Shown here: positions 10,759 to 21,214 of the stretch, one piece after another
Layout: every line of letters starts with the position of its first letter
Numbering within the stretch: position 1 is the stretch's first letter
Assembly (NCBI GenBank): GCA_012032775.1
Contig: JAAUQO010000002.1
Coordinates: 4,659 to 68,658 of the forward strand
Length of the DNA: 64,000 bases
Direction of reading: 5' to 3'
From: Oscillochloris sp.
GTDB taxonomy: Bacteria; Chloroflexota; Chloroflexia; Chloroflexales; Chloroflexaceae
Notes under the pieces: model-generated
What the model was told of the DNA's origin: nothing
Seen by the model: only the letters and a program-made list of their open reading frames with translations
The model's database searches: none
Position numbers and translations under genes: made by a program

Positions 10759-11043
10759 TTGTACCTTTTGTACAAGAAGCAACCGAACCCTGTGCTGCGG
10801 GCCTTTGGCGGGCTTGCCGGCACCGTCAGTTCGCAGTGTCGCGCCATGCAGGTGCCGCTGAGCAGCAGCAATATTCCGGTGGGGCGGCCCGGCTTTGTGC
10901 GAGCCACCCACAAGCGCGGCTTGCAAGTGCATGTCTGGACGATTTACGATCCTGCCGAGATGCGGCGCTTGGTTGATATGGAGGTTGACGGAATCATGAC
11001 CGATCGGCCGGACGTGCTTCTGGAGCTGTTAGGACGGGAGTGA
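10759..11043 (+). pseudogene. C-terminal remnant of a glycerophosphodiester phosphodiesterase (GDPD) gene
   Basis: The 94-aa ORF ends ...ATHKRGLQVHVWTIYDPAEMRRLVDMEVDGIMTDRPDVLLELL, which is only the last part of a GDPD barrel. There is no room for the missing ~170 N-terminal residues because gltB and its leader lie upstream. Confidence 0.5.
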
Positions 11044-11184
11044 GCGGCAGGTCGGTGATGCGTTCTCGAACGGATCCTCGTTGACGGCACCGGTTCGCTC
11101 GATGGTTGTGAACAGGAAGGCGATCAGGCCTGCGACGGGCACCACAAGCCAGGGTGCGCCGTCGGCTAACCGGAGTTTGTCGGG
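11029..11184 (-). pseudogene. Possible C-terminal remnant of a bestrophin/YneE-like channel gene
   Basis: Minus-strand reading without a start codon: ...GAPWLVVPVAGLIAFLFTTIERTGAVNEDPFEN. A 1-nt shift continues as RITDLPLTPV, resembling the family's IE..G..iEdPF...nDLPL C-terminal block. It overlaps the GDPD remnant tail. Weakly supported without a database search. Confidence 0.3.
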
Positions 11185-11288
11185 TTAATAGTTAAAAAAG
11201 TATTTATATTATGCTTTGTCTGACACCGACAAGCCTAAATGGCGCTACTATAGTGTTGGATAGAATCGCAATGCTCTAATGGATCACT

Positions 11289-12719
11289 ATGCACACACCA
11301 CGGATCGCCTACTGCTCGCCGGTGAACCCGGCGCCATCGGGGATTTCGGATTACAGCGAGGAGTTGCTGCCGTATCTGGGGCAGTACGCCGAAATAACGC
11401 TGTTTGTCGAGGATGGTTTGAAGCCGAGCAATCCGCAGTTGGCGCAACATCTGGAAGTGATGCCGTTACGCCGCTTGCCGCGTGAACTGCGGCGCAAACC
11501 CTACGATGCGATTGTCTACCATATCGGCAATAGTCCGGCCCATGCCGGGATCTGGCGGGCGGCGCAACGCATGCCCGGCGTGGTGGTATTGCATGATCTG
11601 GTATTGCACCATTTTATGCTCTGGTTTGCGGCGAATGTCGAGCATGACGTGCAAAAATATGTGCGGCGGATGCGCGATCGTTATGGCGAAGCCGGGGATC
11701 ATATGGCGCAGTTGATGATCCGCTCGCGCTTCACCGACGCCGCGTTTGATTTTGCCTGCAACGAGGAAGTGATCGCCGCCGCTCGGGGCTTGATCGCCCA
11801 TAGTCGCTATGTGGCCGATCAGGTGGCGGCGCAGCGCCCCGATCTGCCGCTAACGGTTGTGCCGATGGGTGTGCCACTGTCGCCGCCGGTCGATCGAGCG
11901 ACGGCGCGGGCCAGGCTTGGTTTGCCGGCTGAGGGTGTGTTGCTGGCGAGTTTCGGCCATATCAATGCCTGGAAGCGGGTTGAGCCGGCGCTGCGGGCGC
12001 TGGCCGAGTTGCGGGCCGAGGGCCGCGATCTGCGCTATGTGTTGGTTGGCAGTGTCTCGCCGAACTACAATCTCGCCGCCCTGATCGCGCGCCTCGGCTT
12101 GCATGATGTCGTTACCGCCACCGGCTATGTGTCGCATCAGGCATTCGCCGATTATGTCGCCGCCGCCGATATCTGCCTAAACCTGCGCTTTCCGACCGGC
12201 GGCGAGACGAGTGCGAGCCTGTTGCGGTTGCTTGGCGCGGCCCGGCCGACATTGGTGAGCGCGGTCGGTTCGTTCGCCGAGTTGCCGCCCGGCACTGCTG
12301 CCCAGGTCGATCCCGGCTCCGCCGAGGGCGAGGTGATCTTGCATTACTGCCGTTTGTTATTGGATCGGCCGGAATTGGCGGCGCAATTGGGTGCGCAGGC
12401 CCGCGCCTTTGTGGCCCGCGCCCATACACTCGACGCTGCGGCCCAGGGTTATGGGCGCTTTCTCGCCCGCCTGTACGGCTGGCCGGCGTTGCAACGAATC
12501 CACGCGGCGCCGCTCTGGAACCCGACGTTGCCGCCGGCTGATCCGGCGCCGGTAACGCTTGCGGCGACGCCGGTGCTGTCCGAGCAGAATCCGCCGCCCG
12601 CGCCGGTTGATCCACTGGTTGCATCCATCGCCGCCGCAGTTGCGGAGATCGGCTTACGTGAGAGCGACAGCACTATTCTGGCGACGATTGCGGCCCGGAT
12701 CGCTGAATTGCGTGGCTAG
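11289..12719 (+). CDS. Glycosyltransferase family 4 (GT-B fold)
   Basis: 476 aa. MHTPRIAYCSPVNPAPSGISDYSEELL start and ...LLASFGHINAWKRVEPALRALAEL...YVLVGS... core typical of GT4. Pro/Ala-rich C-terminal tail. Confidence 0.8.
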   Translation: MHTPRIAYCSPVNPAPSGISDYSEELLPYLGQYAEITLFVEDGLKPSNPQLAQHLEVMPLRRLPRELRRKPYDAIVYHIGNSPAHAGIWRAAQRMPGVVVLHDLVLHHFMLWFAANVEHDVQKYVRRMRDRYGEAGDHMAQLMIRSRFTDAAFDFACNEEVIAAARGLIAHSRYVADQVAAQRPDLPLTVVPMGVPLSPPVDRATARARLGLPAEGVLLASFGHINAWKRVEPALRALAELRAEGRDLRYVLVGSVSPNYNLAALIARLGLHDVVTATGYVSHQAFADYVAAADICLNLRFPTGGETSASLLRLLGAARPTLVSAVGSFAELPPGTAAQVDPGSAEGEVILHYCRLLLDRPELAAQLGAQARAFVARAHTLDAAAQGYGRFLARLYGWPALQRIHAAPLWNPTLPPADPAPVTLAATPVLSEQNPPPAPVDPLVASIAAAVAEIGLRESDSTILATIAARIAELRG

Positions 12720-12816
12720 GGCAGGAGCCATTACGAAGGCCACGAAGTTCGTTGGGACTGGCTGCCCGACCGGCTTGTCATGCCCCGCGCCGCAGGCTGC
12801 GTGTCTCCCGGCTTCA

Positions 12817-14175
12817 TCATAACAGCGGCAACATAATCTGGAAGATCGGATCACCCCAGGCGGCGTGGATCGGCCCATTTGTGCCGTCGGCGCTGTTGGC
12901 TTGCAGGTAGATGAGTTTGCGATCCGATCCCGCCGCAGCCAGTTCTTCATAACCCAACAGGCGATACATCTGCTCGCGCGGGTTGTCGAGTGCGCCGTCG
13001 CGGGGTTGCAGTGGCAGCGCGCTGCCGTTGCGCGTCGGCGATGCGTCCAGGTACAGGTTCACGCCGCCCGGCACGCTTGTACCGACAACGGTTGCCTGTA
13101 TTTCCAGCCCGCTGTTGGTCGGCGTAACACGAATCTGCTCAAGTTGCGGGCCGCTCGGAAGGCTGTACGGCGCCGCAGTTACGCGCAGCGCGTAGAGCAT
13201 CGCAGCGCGATTTTCGGGCCAGAAGCGCGTATCAACTTCGCTGTACGGCGGGTAATGGCCTTGAACGCCGATCTCGTAGGTGAAGGCGGCAACGCCTAAT
13301 TCGGCATAGGCCCAATCGTCGAGACGCCCTGAGTGGGGGTACAATTCGTAGGCGCTGATCGGCGCGTAGCCGTTGAATGCCGCCATGCGAATTGCGAGTT
13401 GACGTAAGGCTTGATCATTCGGCGCCGGCTCGTCGGTTTGCGCCCAGGGATAGAGCACCAGATTGCCGTAGGTATGCACACTGAGCAAGACGCCGGACGT
13501 TGTGTCGGGAACGGGTTGATCGCCGAATGCCGTGCGACCGGGATAGAGTTCGCGCAGCAGCGCCATAATCGCCTGAGTTTCCGGCTCGGAGGCCGGAGCG
13601 GCGCCGCGATAGTTGATCGAGCAGGGATCGTCGCTTGCGCCGACGCCACCCCAGGCATAGGGAAAATTGCGATTAAGGTCGATACCGCGACAGGCGTAAC
13701 CATCAACGATCCGGGTATTCTTGCGGGTTGGGCCGGGCAAATCACGGCCATCGGGGTTCATGAGCGGCACCACCACCACGTCGTGTTCATCAAGCATCCA
13801 TGTGATGTCGCCATCCTGGCCATAGCCGGCAAGCAGCAGATCGACAAAGCGCATTGCGATCTCGACGGTCGGCATTTCGTTGGCGTGCATGGCTGCGATT
13901 ACGGTCAGCACCGGTTTCGGGCCGGACGAATGCGTTCCAGTGATGCGTAGAGCGAAGAGATCGTGGCCGGCGCCGCCTGAATAGGTACGCTCCCACGAAT
14001 CGCCGATGTCGATCAGTCGGGCCAGGCTCGGATACTGCACAACGCGCTCATGCATCCACTGTTCGACTTCGGCCACGCTGCGATACTCGGCCGCAGCCCG
14101 AGTAGGTTGCGCCGGCAGGCAGACGACGATGATGAGGATGACGGCAATGATGTAACAATAGCGGTATAACGGCAT
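12817..14175 (-). CDS. Secreted M14 zinc carboxypeptidase
   Basis: HxxE context IAAMHANEMPTVEIAM, then NPDGR and SVHTYGNLVLYPW. Signal/anchor MPLYRYCYIIAVILIIVVCLPAQPTRAAA. Start set at ATG 14175. The protein ends ...IFQIMLPLL. Confidence 0.85.
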   Translation of the reverse strand: MPLYRYCYIIAVILIIVVCLPAQPTRAAAEYRSVAEVEQWMHERVVQYPSLARLIDIGDSWERTYSGGAGHDLFALRITGTHSSGPKPVLTVIAAMHANEMPTVEIAMRFVDLLLAGYGQDGDITWMLDEHDVVVVPLMNPDGRDLPGPTRKNTRIVDGYACRGIDLNRNFPYAWGGVGASDDPCSINYRGAAPASEPETQAIMALLRELYPGRTAFGDQPVPDTTSGVLLSVHTYGNLVLYPWAQTDEPAPNDQALRQLAIRMAAFNGYAPISAYELYPHSGRLDDWAYAELGVAAFTYEIGVQGHYPPYSEVDTRFWPENRAAMLYALRVTAAPYSLPSGPQLEQIRVTPTNSGLEIQATVVGTSVPGGVNLYLDASPTRNGSALPLQPRDGALDNPREQMYRLLGYEELAAAGSDRKLIYLQANSADGTNGPIHAAWGDPIFQIMLPLL

Positions 14176-14238
14176 AAGTCTCACTACTCTCTTTCTACGA
14201 AGGGCAAGACGTTGTTGCAGAATAACAGCTATCGCGGA

Positions 14239-15009
14239 ATGCTCGTGCTGATTGTAAGCTGCATCGTCCTTGGTGTGATTGTGCTGCGCACTCAATCAGC
14301 CTCGTGTTCCGGCTTTGCGCTGCCATTCGCCGGGCCGTGTATGCGGCTCCTTTTTATCGGCAACAGCTACACTTCGGTGAATGATTTACCGGCGATGCTG
14401 GCAGGCCTGGCGCGTTCAGGCGGGCATCGGCTTGAAACCGCTGCGCTGACGAATGGCGGATGGCGTTTGGCCGATCATCTCGCGGCGACGGAAACACTGG
14501 ACACAATTCGCTCATCGCAATGGGATTATGTGGTACTCCAGGAGCAGAGCCAGATCCCGGCGGTGGAAGCACTTCGCACAACTCAGATGTATCCGGCGGC
14601 GCGTGCCTTGATCCAGCCGATCGAGGAGTCCGGCGCGACGCCGTTGTTCTTCGTGACATGGGGCCATCGCGGTGGCTGGCCGGAACGCGGGTTGCCGGAT
14701 TATCGGCCCATGCAGGCGCAGATCCTTCAGGGCTACAGCGCTCTTGCGAGCGAGCTTGCTGTGCCGCTTGTGCCTGTCGGCAGCGCCTGGCAGGCGGCAG
14801 TCCGCGAGTACCCACAGCTCCAATTGTGGCAATCAGATGGGAGTCATCCCAGTGCGCAGGGGACGTATCTGGCCGCCTGTGTCTTTTATGCCGTTCTGTT
14901 CCAAGAAAGCCCGGAAGGATTGCGCTACACGGCAAATCTGCCCCCCGTGATCGCCCGCGACCTACAGCAGATCGCTGGGCGGATCGTGTTTCCTGTTGCC
15001 GGCGAATAG
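14239..15009 (+). CDS. SGNH/GDSL-like hydrolase family protein
   Basis: LLFIGNSYTSVNDLP (block I) and DGSHPSAQGTYLAACVFY (block V). The start is ambiguous: ATG 14239 gives a signal-like MLVLIVSCIVLGVIVL, ATG 14341 gives MRLLFIGNSY. Confidence 0.65.
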   Translation: MLVLIVSCIVLGVIVLRTQSASCSGFALPFAGPCMRLLFIGNSYTSVNDLPAMLAGLARSGGHRLETAALTNGGWRLADHLAATETLDTIRSSQWDYVVLQEQSQIPAVEALRTTQMYPAARALIQPIEESGATPLFFVTWGHRGGWPERGLPDYRPMQAQILQGYSALASELAVPLVPVGSAWQAAVREYPQLQLWQSDGSHPSAQGTYLAACVFYAVLFQESPEGLRYTANLPPVIARDLQQIAGRIVFPVAGE

Positions 15010-15131
15010 CATCTGCTGAGATTGTCCTTTTACTTTTATTTGAGGAATCAGACTATTGTCCCTCGTAGCATTGTGCCTGCGATGTTAGAGTGAATCTTTG
15101 CAAGCCTTATTTGGGAGGTAGAAACGATCTC

Positions 15132-16037
15132 ATGGCGGTACAAACACAGGCCGGCTCGACGGCGACACGCTTGCGTATTCCAACCACCGACTTGACGATG
15201 TTACTGGTGGTGCTGATCTGGGGTGCGAATTTCAGTGTGGTCAAGTCGGCGCTCAATGAGATCCCGCCGCTGGCATTTGCGGCATTGCGCTTCGGGCTTG
15301 CCGGGGCGCTGCTCTTCGGCTTGATGCTCTGGCGCGAGGGTTTGAAGCCGCTGCCGAAGGGCATGTTCTGGAAGTTGCTCTGGATCGGCCTGGTTGGAAA
15401 TTCACTCTATCAGATCGCCTTTACCCTTGGGCTGAAGTATACCGGCGCGGCCAATGCGGCGCTCCTGATCGCGACAACTCCGGCGCTGGTGGCGCTGTTC
15501 GGTGCAATGTTCGGGATCGAGCGCTTGCGCGGCAATACCATTTTCGGCATTGTACTCGCGATCGGCGGTGTGGTGCTGGTGTTACTTGCCCGCGGCCTGG
15601 AATTTTCATCCGAGGGGCTGTTGGGGGATGCGCTTCTGCTCGCCTGTGCGGTCTGCTGGACGATTTATACGCTTGGTGTGCGGAGCCTGGCAACCGGTCT
15701 TTCGCCCCTGGCGATCACCACCTGGACGATGATCACCGGCGTGCCCGGCCTGCTTCTGGTCGGCTCGCAGGAGATCCTGAATCTTGAATGGACGGCGATC
15801 AGTTCCGGCGCCTGGCTCGGCCTGGTCTACGCCTCGGTGCTGGCCCTGGTGGTGGCCTATGTACTCTGGAACAATAGTGTGCGGGTGGCAGGCAGCAATC
15901 GTACGGCGATCTATGGTTGCGCTATTCCGCTGGTGGCGGCCCTGGTTGCCTGGCCGACGCTGGGCGAGATCCCGGTGCCGTTGCAAGGTTTCGGCGCGGT
16001 TTTGATTATCGGCGGGGTGTTGTTGACCCGCCGCTAG
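15132..16037 (+). CDS. EamA/DMT-family transporter
   Basis: About 10 TM helices in two EamA-like halves (LVVLIWGANFSVVKSAL..., ...VLWNNSVRVAGSNRTAIYGCAIPLVAAL...). Start at ATG 15132 (MAVQTQ). Confidence 0.85.
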   Translation: MAVQTQAGSTATRLRIPTTDLTMLLVVLIWGANFSVVKSALNEIPPLAFAALRFGLAGALLFGLMLWREGLKPLPKGMFWKLLWIGLVGNSLYQIAFTLGLKYTGAANAALLIATTPALVALFGAMFGIERLRGNTIFGIVLAIGGVVLVLLARGLEFSSEGLLGDALLLACAVCWTIYTLGVRSLATGLSPLAITTWTMITGVPGLLLVGSQEILNLEWTAISSGAWLGLVYASVLALVVAYVLWNNSVRVAGSNRTAIYGCAIPLVAALVAWPTLGEIPVPLQGFGAVLIIGGVLLTRR

Positions 16038-16050
16038 TGATGCAGCGGTG

Positions 16051-16086
16051 CCGGTAGCGACGCGGGATTTTGTGACGCTACCGGCA
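16051..16086. terminator. Hairpin between convergent eamA-like and C11 protease genes
   Basis: GCCGGTAGCG (16051-16060) pairs with CGCTACCGGC (16077-16086), followed by ATAAGTTTTTATTT on the + strand. Confidence 0.55.
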
Positions 16087-16093
16087 TAAGTTT

Positions 16094-18579
16094 TTATTTC
16101 ACCAAAAACGGCAACAATACCCGATAGGTTCCATCGGGGCCAGACACAGTTTGCGCTTCGCTGCGTGCCACAGCGGCGCCGTTCGTATCACGGGCGACGA
16201 CCATCAGTCGGTACTCTGCGTCGGCCTCAAGATCGCTCAATTCGGCCGTGGTTGCGCCGGCTTCCACCACACTGTGTAACTGCCAACCAACGGCGAACGG
16301 CCCACGCAGGTAAATCCAGTGGCCGGCGATCTGGTCGGCGCGGCTGCCGTTCCAACGCAGCTTCAGGCGATTGCCGGCGGCGATCGTGCTGAGCGGAAGC
16401 GTTTCCAGTTCCGCAGATTCAACCAGGGCCGGCGGTACAAAGTGACACCACTCACCTACGGTTGGCGTACGCGGTCGATCGAACCATGTGGCCAGAAACT
16501 CATCCCAACTGCTGTCACGCACAAAGGCGTAGCTCGTTGTAACCTGCACCGGTTGGTTGTTTAACGGCGTCCAGACGGCGTCGAGCGGTACGGTCTCGGT
16601 GTAAATACTTGAGCGCCAGGCCACGGCATCGGGCGAGTTGGCCGGGAGCGGCGCAAGTACGGTAAAGGTTGCATTATAGTCCCAGACTTCCTCCGGCTCC
16701 AGGTAGGGATTTCCGACCCGGAAACTCTTGACAAGGTCACGCAGCAGCCTGCCGACCTCCTCGGCGGCGGCGTTGACTCCGTCAGGGTCATTCGGGCTAA
16801 AGCTGTTGCGCAAGTTCACCACAAATGGCCCCAGGCCGATCAATTCGTCGGGCGGACCGAGGCTGAGATTCTGGCGCCCGCACTGCGTGGTATCGACATA
16901 CTGCCCACTCTGGGTGGCCTGCGCAATCAAGTTGCGATGTCCGGATTGAATGGCGCGGATCAGGGCATCGGCGAGATCGCCGGCGGCGCGGCAATTGCCG
17001 CGATCTCGGTCGCACTTGCGGCGAAGATCGCATTCGGGTGGCGATCGTTCAGATTGCGTTGGTAGCGGATCACAATTGCCTCGGCGACTTGCGCCGGGGT
17101 GTTGGCGGGCGCCATCAGGGCCAGGTATTCGTCGTAGGGGGCGGCCAACCAGGCGTAATTCGGCGAGGCCACGAACATCTCGGCGCTGTTGCGAACTTCG
17201 TACAGTGTGTCGAGATTGCCCTGAAAACACTGGTCGAAGAAAATCAGATCGAGTGGATCCGTGCCGTTGGCGGTCGCTGCCAGCAACGCACGTCCCAGGG
17301 CAACCGTGCTCATATAACCGCCGTCGGTCACATCGCCGGGGGTGGCATCCATGCCTTTCGGCAGCGCCGGCAACTGGCTGCTCAAGCCTGCTTCGGCGAG
17401 GGCGCTATTCTGCTCCGGCCAGGCCAATTCCGGCGCAAGGGCCAATCCGTGGCCCATAATGCTCAGGTACTCGCGGTCGGCAGGATAGGTGCTGCGGGCA
17501 TAGGTGATAAACCACGTCAGCACTTCTTCGGCGGCGCTATTCACCTCATTCTTGCCGAACTGTGTCGCCAGTGCATCAAGATTGACGACCACACCCTGGT
17601 CAATCGCCAGCAGTCGGCTATCATTTGTGTTGGCGCCGTCCATCAGTGCGACAACCTGTGCATTCGGGTTGAGCAAGGTTCCACGGCGCAGCCGTTCAAG
17701 CACGATCGGTAGATTCGGGCTGAGATCGTTGTCGGCCGGGAAATAGACCATCAGCAACACCGACTGGTTGGTCTGGGTTACCGCCACAAGTGTTGATTCA
17801 AGACTGCGCACTTCGGCCGGGTTCGCGCTCTGAATTGGGACAACCAACTCGACCTGGATGCGATGGCTCAGTCCTGAGGCAAGGCCATCGAGAGTGTAGG
17901 CGCCGCTTTGCGCGTTGGTAGTGCGACCGTGGAAAGTGTAGGTATCGCCGCTGTCGGTTGCATAGCTGATCGCATAGTAGGCGTCGGGAAGATTTGCCGT
18001 TGTCGGCTCCCAGGTGATCGTGATTGAATTTGCGGTGATGCTGCCGACGCGCAACTCACGCGGCGGTGTTGCTTGTGTATTCACCCAATCCGGGTCGATT
18101 CGATTGAGGCATGTACGGGTATCGCTGCGCCGGCTGAAGAGCGCGTTATAGCTCAGGTTGGCGGCGATATTGCGTTTGCTCAGGCTGCAAACTGTGGGCG
18201 GAACCGGACCGATAAGTTGATTGCCGGCCAGATTGAGCGTTCGCAGCCCAGGAAAATCAGGGAGCGGGCCGAAAGCGTTGCCACGCAGTTGATTGCGCGG
18301 GAGTTCCAGGGCGGTTACCCGGTTGTTTTGACACGTCACGCCGAACCAATCACAAGGTGCGTTCGGCGATGCGGCCAACCAGTTGGTTGCGGTAAGCCAA
18401 TTCTCACCGCCGGTACGAGCGTAAAATTCCAGCAATGCCGTGCATTCCGCAACCGAGACAGCGGCAGCAGTACAAAGATCGGCCGGCGGTTGGGCGGCAC
18501 TGGGCGGCGCCCAACCGGCAATGATCAAAAGCACGCAAACCAGTATCATGTGCGACGGGCGCAACACTATGAATTGCAT
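16094..18579 (-). CDS. Secreted LRR + FN3 + clostripain-like (C11) cysteine protease with C-terminal beta-rich domains (apparent 1-nt frameshift ~16979-16992)
   Basis: ORFs 16960..18606 and 16094..17230 join across the GC run GCCGCGCCGCCGGCG (...ATEIAAIAA|AAGDLADALIRA...). Signal peptide from ATG 18579 (GGGGAG SD). Plant-type LRR cap (CDWFGVTCQNNRVTALEL), FN3 (ITITWEP), C11 His/Cys motifs (SIMGHG ... LIFFDQCFQGNLDTLYEV). The protein ends ...YRVLLPFLVK. Confidence 0.8.
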
Positions 18580-18749
18580 ACAAATCTCCCCGCCTGACGG
18601 CGTCAATTGAACAAGGGCATCTCCGGCACTTCGCTCCGATTCAGCATGTCTTCCGTGCGTTTATTGTAACGCGCTATTGCAGGCAGTACTGGCACTCGCT
18701 GTAGCAAGATGCGGTAGAATCGGCTCATCCACGCAACAGGAGTTTCCTG

Positions 18750-21164
18750 ATGGAGCAACAGGCACTCGGTGCACCAACACTGCCGCTTGCCGCCGATGGC
18801 GGTCTGGTTGAGCAAGTCAATCGCGCATTCAAAAGTTACCACAGTATTCTGGCGCTTTCGCGCTCGCCGCTGGCGAATTCGCCGCTGGTATCGCCGGCTC
18901 TGGTACGCGATGCCGTTTCGCCGACTGCCGACGAGCGCGGCCATGCCTTACGGCTCGTGTTACGTTGGGCGGTTGGAATGCTTGCGCCGGAGCCGCCGTT
19001 ACACCCGCTCGGTTCGGCGCGTCCACTTGATGATCCCTCCTGGCGCGATCCGCGCTGGTGGCGCTACAACATCCTGCGCCACCGCTATATTGAACCGTTG
19101 CATCCCGACGAGTTTATCGCCGGCGGCCGTTATACCGAAACCCTGGTGGCGCTAACCGGGATTCCCAGCCCCGATAGTTTCTTTGAAGAGCGTAATCGCG
19201 CCGTACGCGAGGCGACGGTCTGGATGCGCCAGCAGTTGGTGAGTGGTTCCGCCGATCCGGCCTTGCGCCAACTGGCTTTGGAGGAGATCCTGCTGCCGTT
19301 GCGGCGCCAGCCGACATTGCGGGCGCTGCTTGATCTTGCGGCGACATTCGAGGGCGTGTTTCCACGGGTGCTGCTGCTGGATATGGCTGAACGCGAACAT
19401 ATCCCCGCCGCAGAGACGGTGTTGGCCGGGTTGTTGGCGCAGCGGTTGTTGCGCAGCGATGAAGACGCGCAGGAATTGTGGCTTTCGCCGGCATTGCAAG
19501 CATATCTGGCCGGGCGCCAGAGCGAGCATGAGCGGCATGGACGGCATCTCTGGGCGGCGCAATATTATGCCGAGCGTGATGAAGTGCTGGCGGCGGCGCG
19601 CCACTGGCAGTTGGCCGGCAGATGGGAGGAAGCCGCCGCACAATTGTTGGTTGCGGCCGATGATCTGATCGGCGAGTTCGCGGTTCAGGAGTTGTACGAA
19701 GTTGTGCAACGCTTTCAGGCCCGCCACATTTCCACCGCTCAATGGTTGGAGGTGCAGATCTTAAGTGCCGATCTGGCGGTGCGATTGGGCCGGCGCACCG
19801 ACGCACTTTCGGCCTGCCGGCGCGCGCTGCGGGTGGCCGAAGATCCGATCGATCAGGCGGCGATCTACCGGCGTATGGCCAAACTCTACGAGCAGACCAA
19901 CCAACGCCATGCGTTGAACTACTATCAGCAGGCCGCTGAGCGATTGCCGCCGGGCCACGAGCAACTGGCGGCGTTGTACAAAGATCGGGCCTGGCTGCAT
20001 ATTCTGCGTGGCGAATGGCAAGCCGCCGATAGCGATCTGCAGGCGGCACAGGCAGCGGTACAACCCGATGATCATGCGCTGCGCGCGGCGATTTACGATG
20101 CACTGGCGAGCCTTTGCCGGCAACAGCAGCGCTTGCCCGAAGCGATCATCCACGCCCGTCTGGCACTGGCTATTCGCGAGCAACACGGCGATCCGCCGCA
20201 GATCGCCGACTCGCACAATAACCTCGGCCTGCTCTACAGCGCCCTCGGCGATACGGCGAATGCGCTTTCGGCGTTCGAAGAGGCGCTGGCGATGTACCGG
20301 CAGCTCGATAATCCCGAGCGAGCGGCAACGGCCTTAATCAATATCGGCATGGCCCACCATCTGGCCGGGCGCAGGCGCGATGCGATCGGTGCCTATGAGC
20401 ACTGCCTGGAGATTTGTAAGGTCACTGGATTAAGTCTGCTGGCGGTTCGCACCTACTACAATCTGGCCGAAGCGCATGCGGAATTGGAAGAATTCACACC
20501 GGCGGCTCGCTACATGGCGGAGGGCCGTGTGATCGCGCGCGATGCCGGGTTCGACGATGAGGTGCGTGATCTGGACGAGCTGGCCGGTCGTTTTGCGGCA
20601 TTGGCGCAGCAGGCGGAACCCCGGTTTGTTCCGGCAGAGCGTTCCGATCTTGGCGCCGATGATGCGGCGGCATTGGCGCTTGCCAGGCGGCTTGGCCGGA
20701 TCACGCCGCGCCTGTTGATGTCCGAGGCCCACGTAAGCAAGGCGACCGCCACGCGCAGGTTGAGTGATCTGGCCCGACGCGGATTATTGGAGAGCGTCGG
20801 GAAGGGCCGGGCGACGGCCTACATTCCAAGTGCCGTCGTACATGCCACAGCGGTGGGGCCGGCAAGCTTCACCGCCTTACCCAACCTCGATCCGGATCTG
20901 GCGTCTGTTCTGGAGGCCCTGCACTTTCATGCGCCGATCCTGGTCGAGAGTCTTTCCGGCGAGGCGATCGCTGTGGCTCCATTCAGTGGTGACGGCATCC
21001 TGCGCTTGCTGTTGCGCTGCCGGCGCATCCCCGAATTGCACGCCTTTTTTGCCGTCGAGCGGCGGCTGTCGGAGTTGCTGGCGCGCCGGGTTGATCTGCT
21101 GCCGGCCGAGATCGCCGCCGCGAACTATGATCCCGCCGATTTGATCTGGATTAGTTTTTCATAA
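18750..21164 (+). CDS. TPR-repeat protein with C-terminal winged-HTH and degenerate minimal nucleotidyltransferase-like domain
   Basis: 804 aa, AGGAG SD. TPR units (HNNLGLLYSALGDTANALSAFEEALAMYRQL..., ATALINIGMAHHLAGRRRDAIGAYEHCLEI...). wHTH-like MSEAHVSKATATRRLSDLARRGLLESVGKGRATAYIP. The tail ...RRLSELLARRVDLLPAE resembles MNT-type NTase but lacks the GS/DxD motifs (inference). Confidence 0.75.
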   Translation: MEQQALGAPTLPLAADGGLVEQVNRAFKSYHSILALSRSPLANSPLVSPALVRDAVSPTADERGHALRLVLRWAVGMLAPEPPLHPLGSARPLDDPSWRDPRWWRYNILRHRYIEPLHPDEFIAGGRYTETLVALTGIPSPDSFFEERNRAVREATVWMRQQLVSGSADPALRQLALEEILLPLRRQPTLRALLDLAATFEGVFPRVLLLDMAEREHIPAAETVLAGLLAQRLLRSDEDAQELWLSPALQAYLAGRQSEHERHGRHLWAAQYYAERDEVLAAARHWQLAGRWEEAAAQLLVAADDLIGEFAVQELYEVVQRFQARHISTAQWLEVQILSADLAVRLGRRTDALSACRRALRVAEDPIDQAAIYRRMAKLYEQTNQRHALNYYQQAAERLPPGHEQLAALYKDRAWLHILRGEWQAADSDLQAAQAAVQPDDHALRAAIYDALASLCRQQQRLPEAIIHARLALAIREQHGDPPQIADSHNNLGLLYSALGDTANALSAFEEALAMYRQLDNPERAATALINIGMAHHLAGRRRDAIGAYEHCLEICKVTGLSLLAVRTYYNLAEAHAELEEFTPAARYMAEGRVIARDAGFDDEVRDLDELAGRFAALAQQAEPRFVPAERSDLGADDAAALALARRLGRITPRLLMSEAHVSKATATRRLSDLARRGLLESVGKGRATAYIPSAVVHATAVGPASFTALPNLDPDLASVLEALHFHAPILVESLSGEAIAVAPFSGDGILRLLLRCRRIPELHAFFAVERRLSELLARRVDLLPAEIAAANYDPADLIWISFS

Positions 21165-21209
21165 CTTTCGGGTAGTTCCGGTGGTTTTAGCGCCGGAACT
21201 ACCCGAAAA
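21165..21209. terminator. Bidirectional hairpin between convergent genes
   Basis: TTTCGGGTAGTTCCGG (21165-21180) pairs with CCGGAACTACCCGAAA (21192-21207). Confidence 0.55.
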
Positions 21210-21214
21210 ATATC

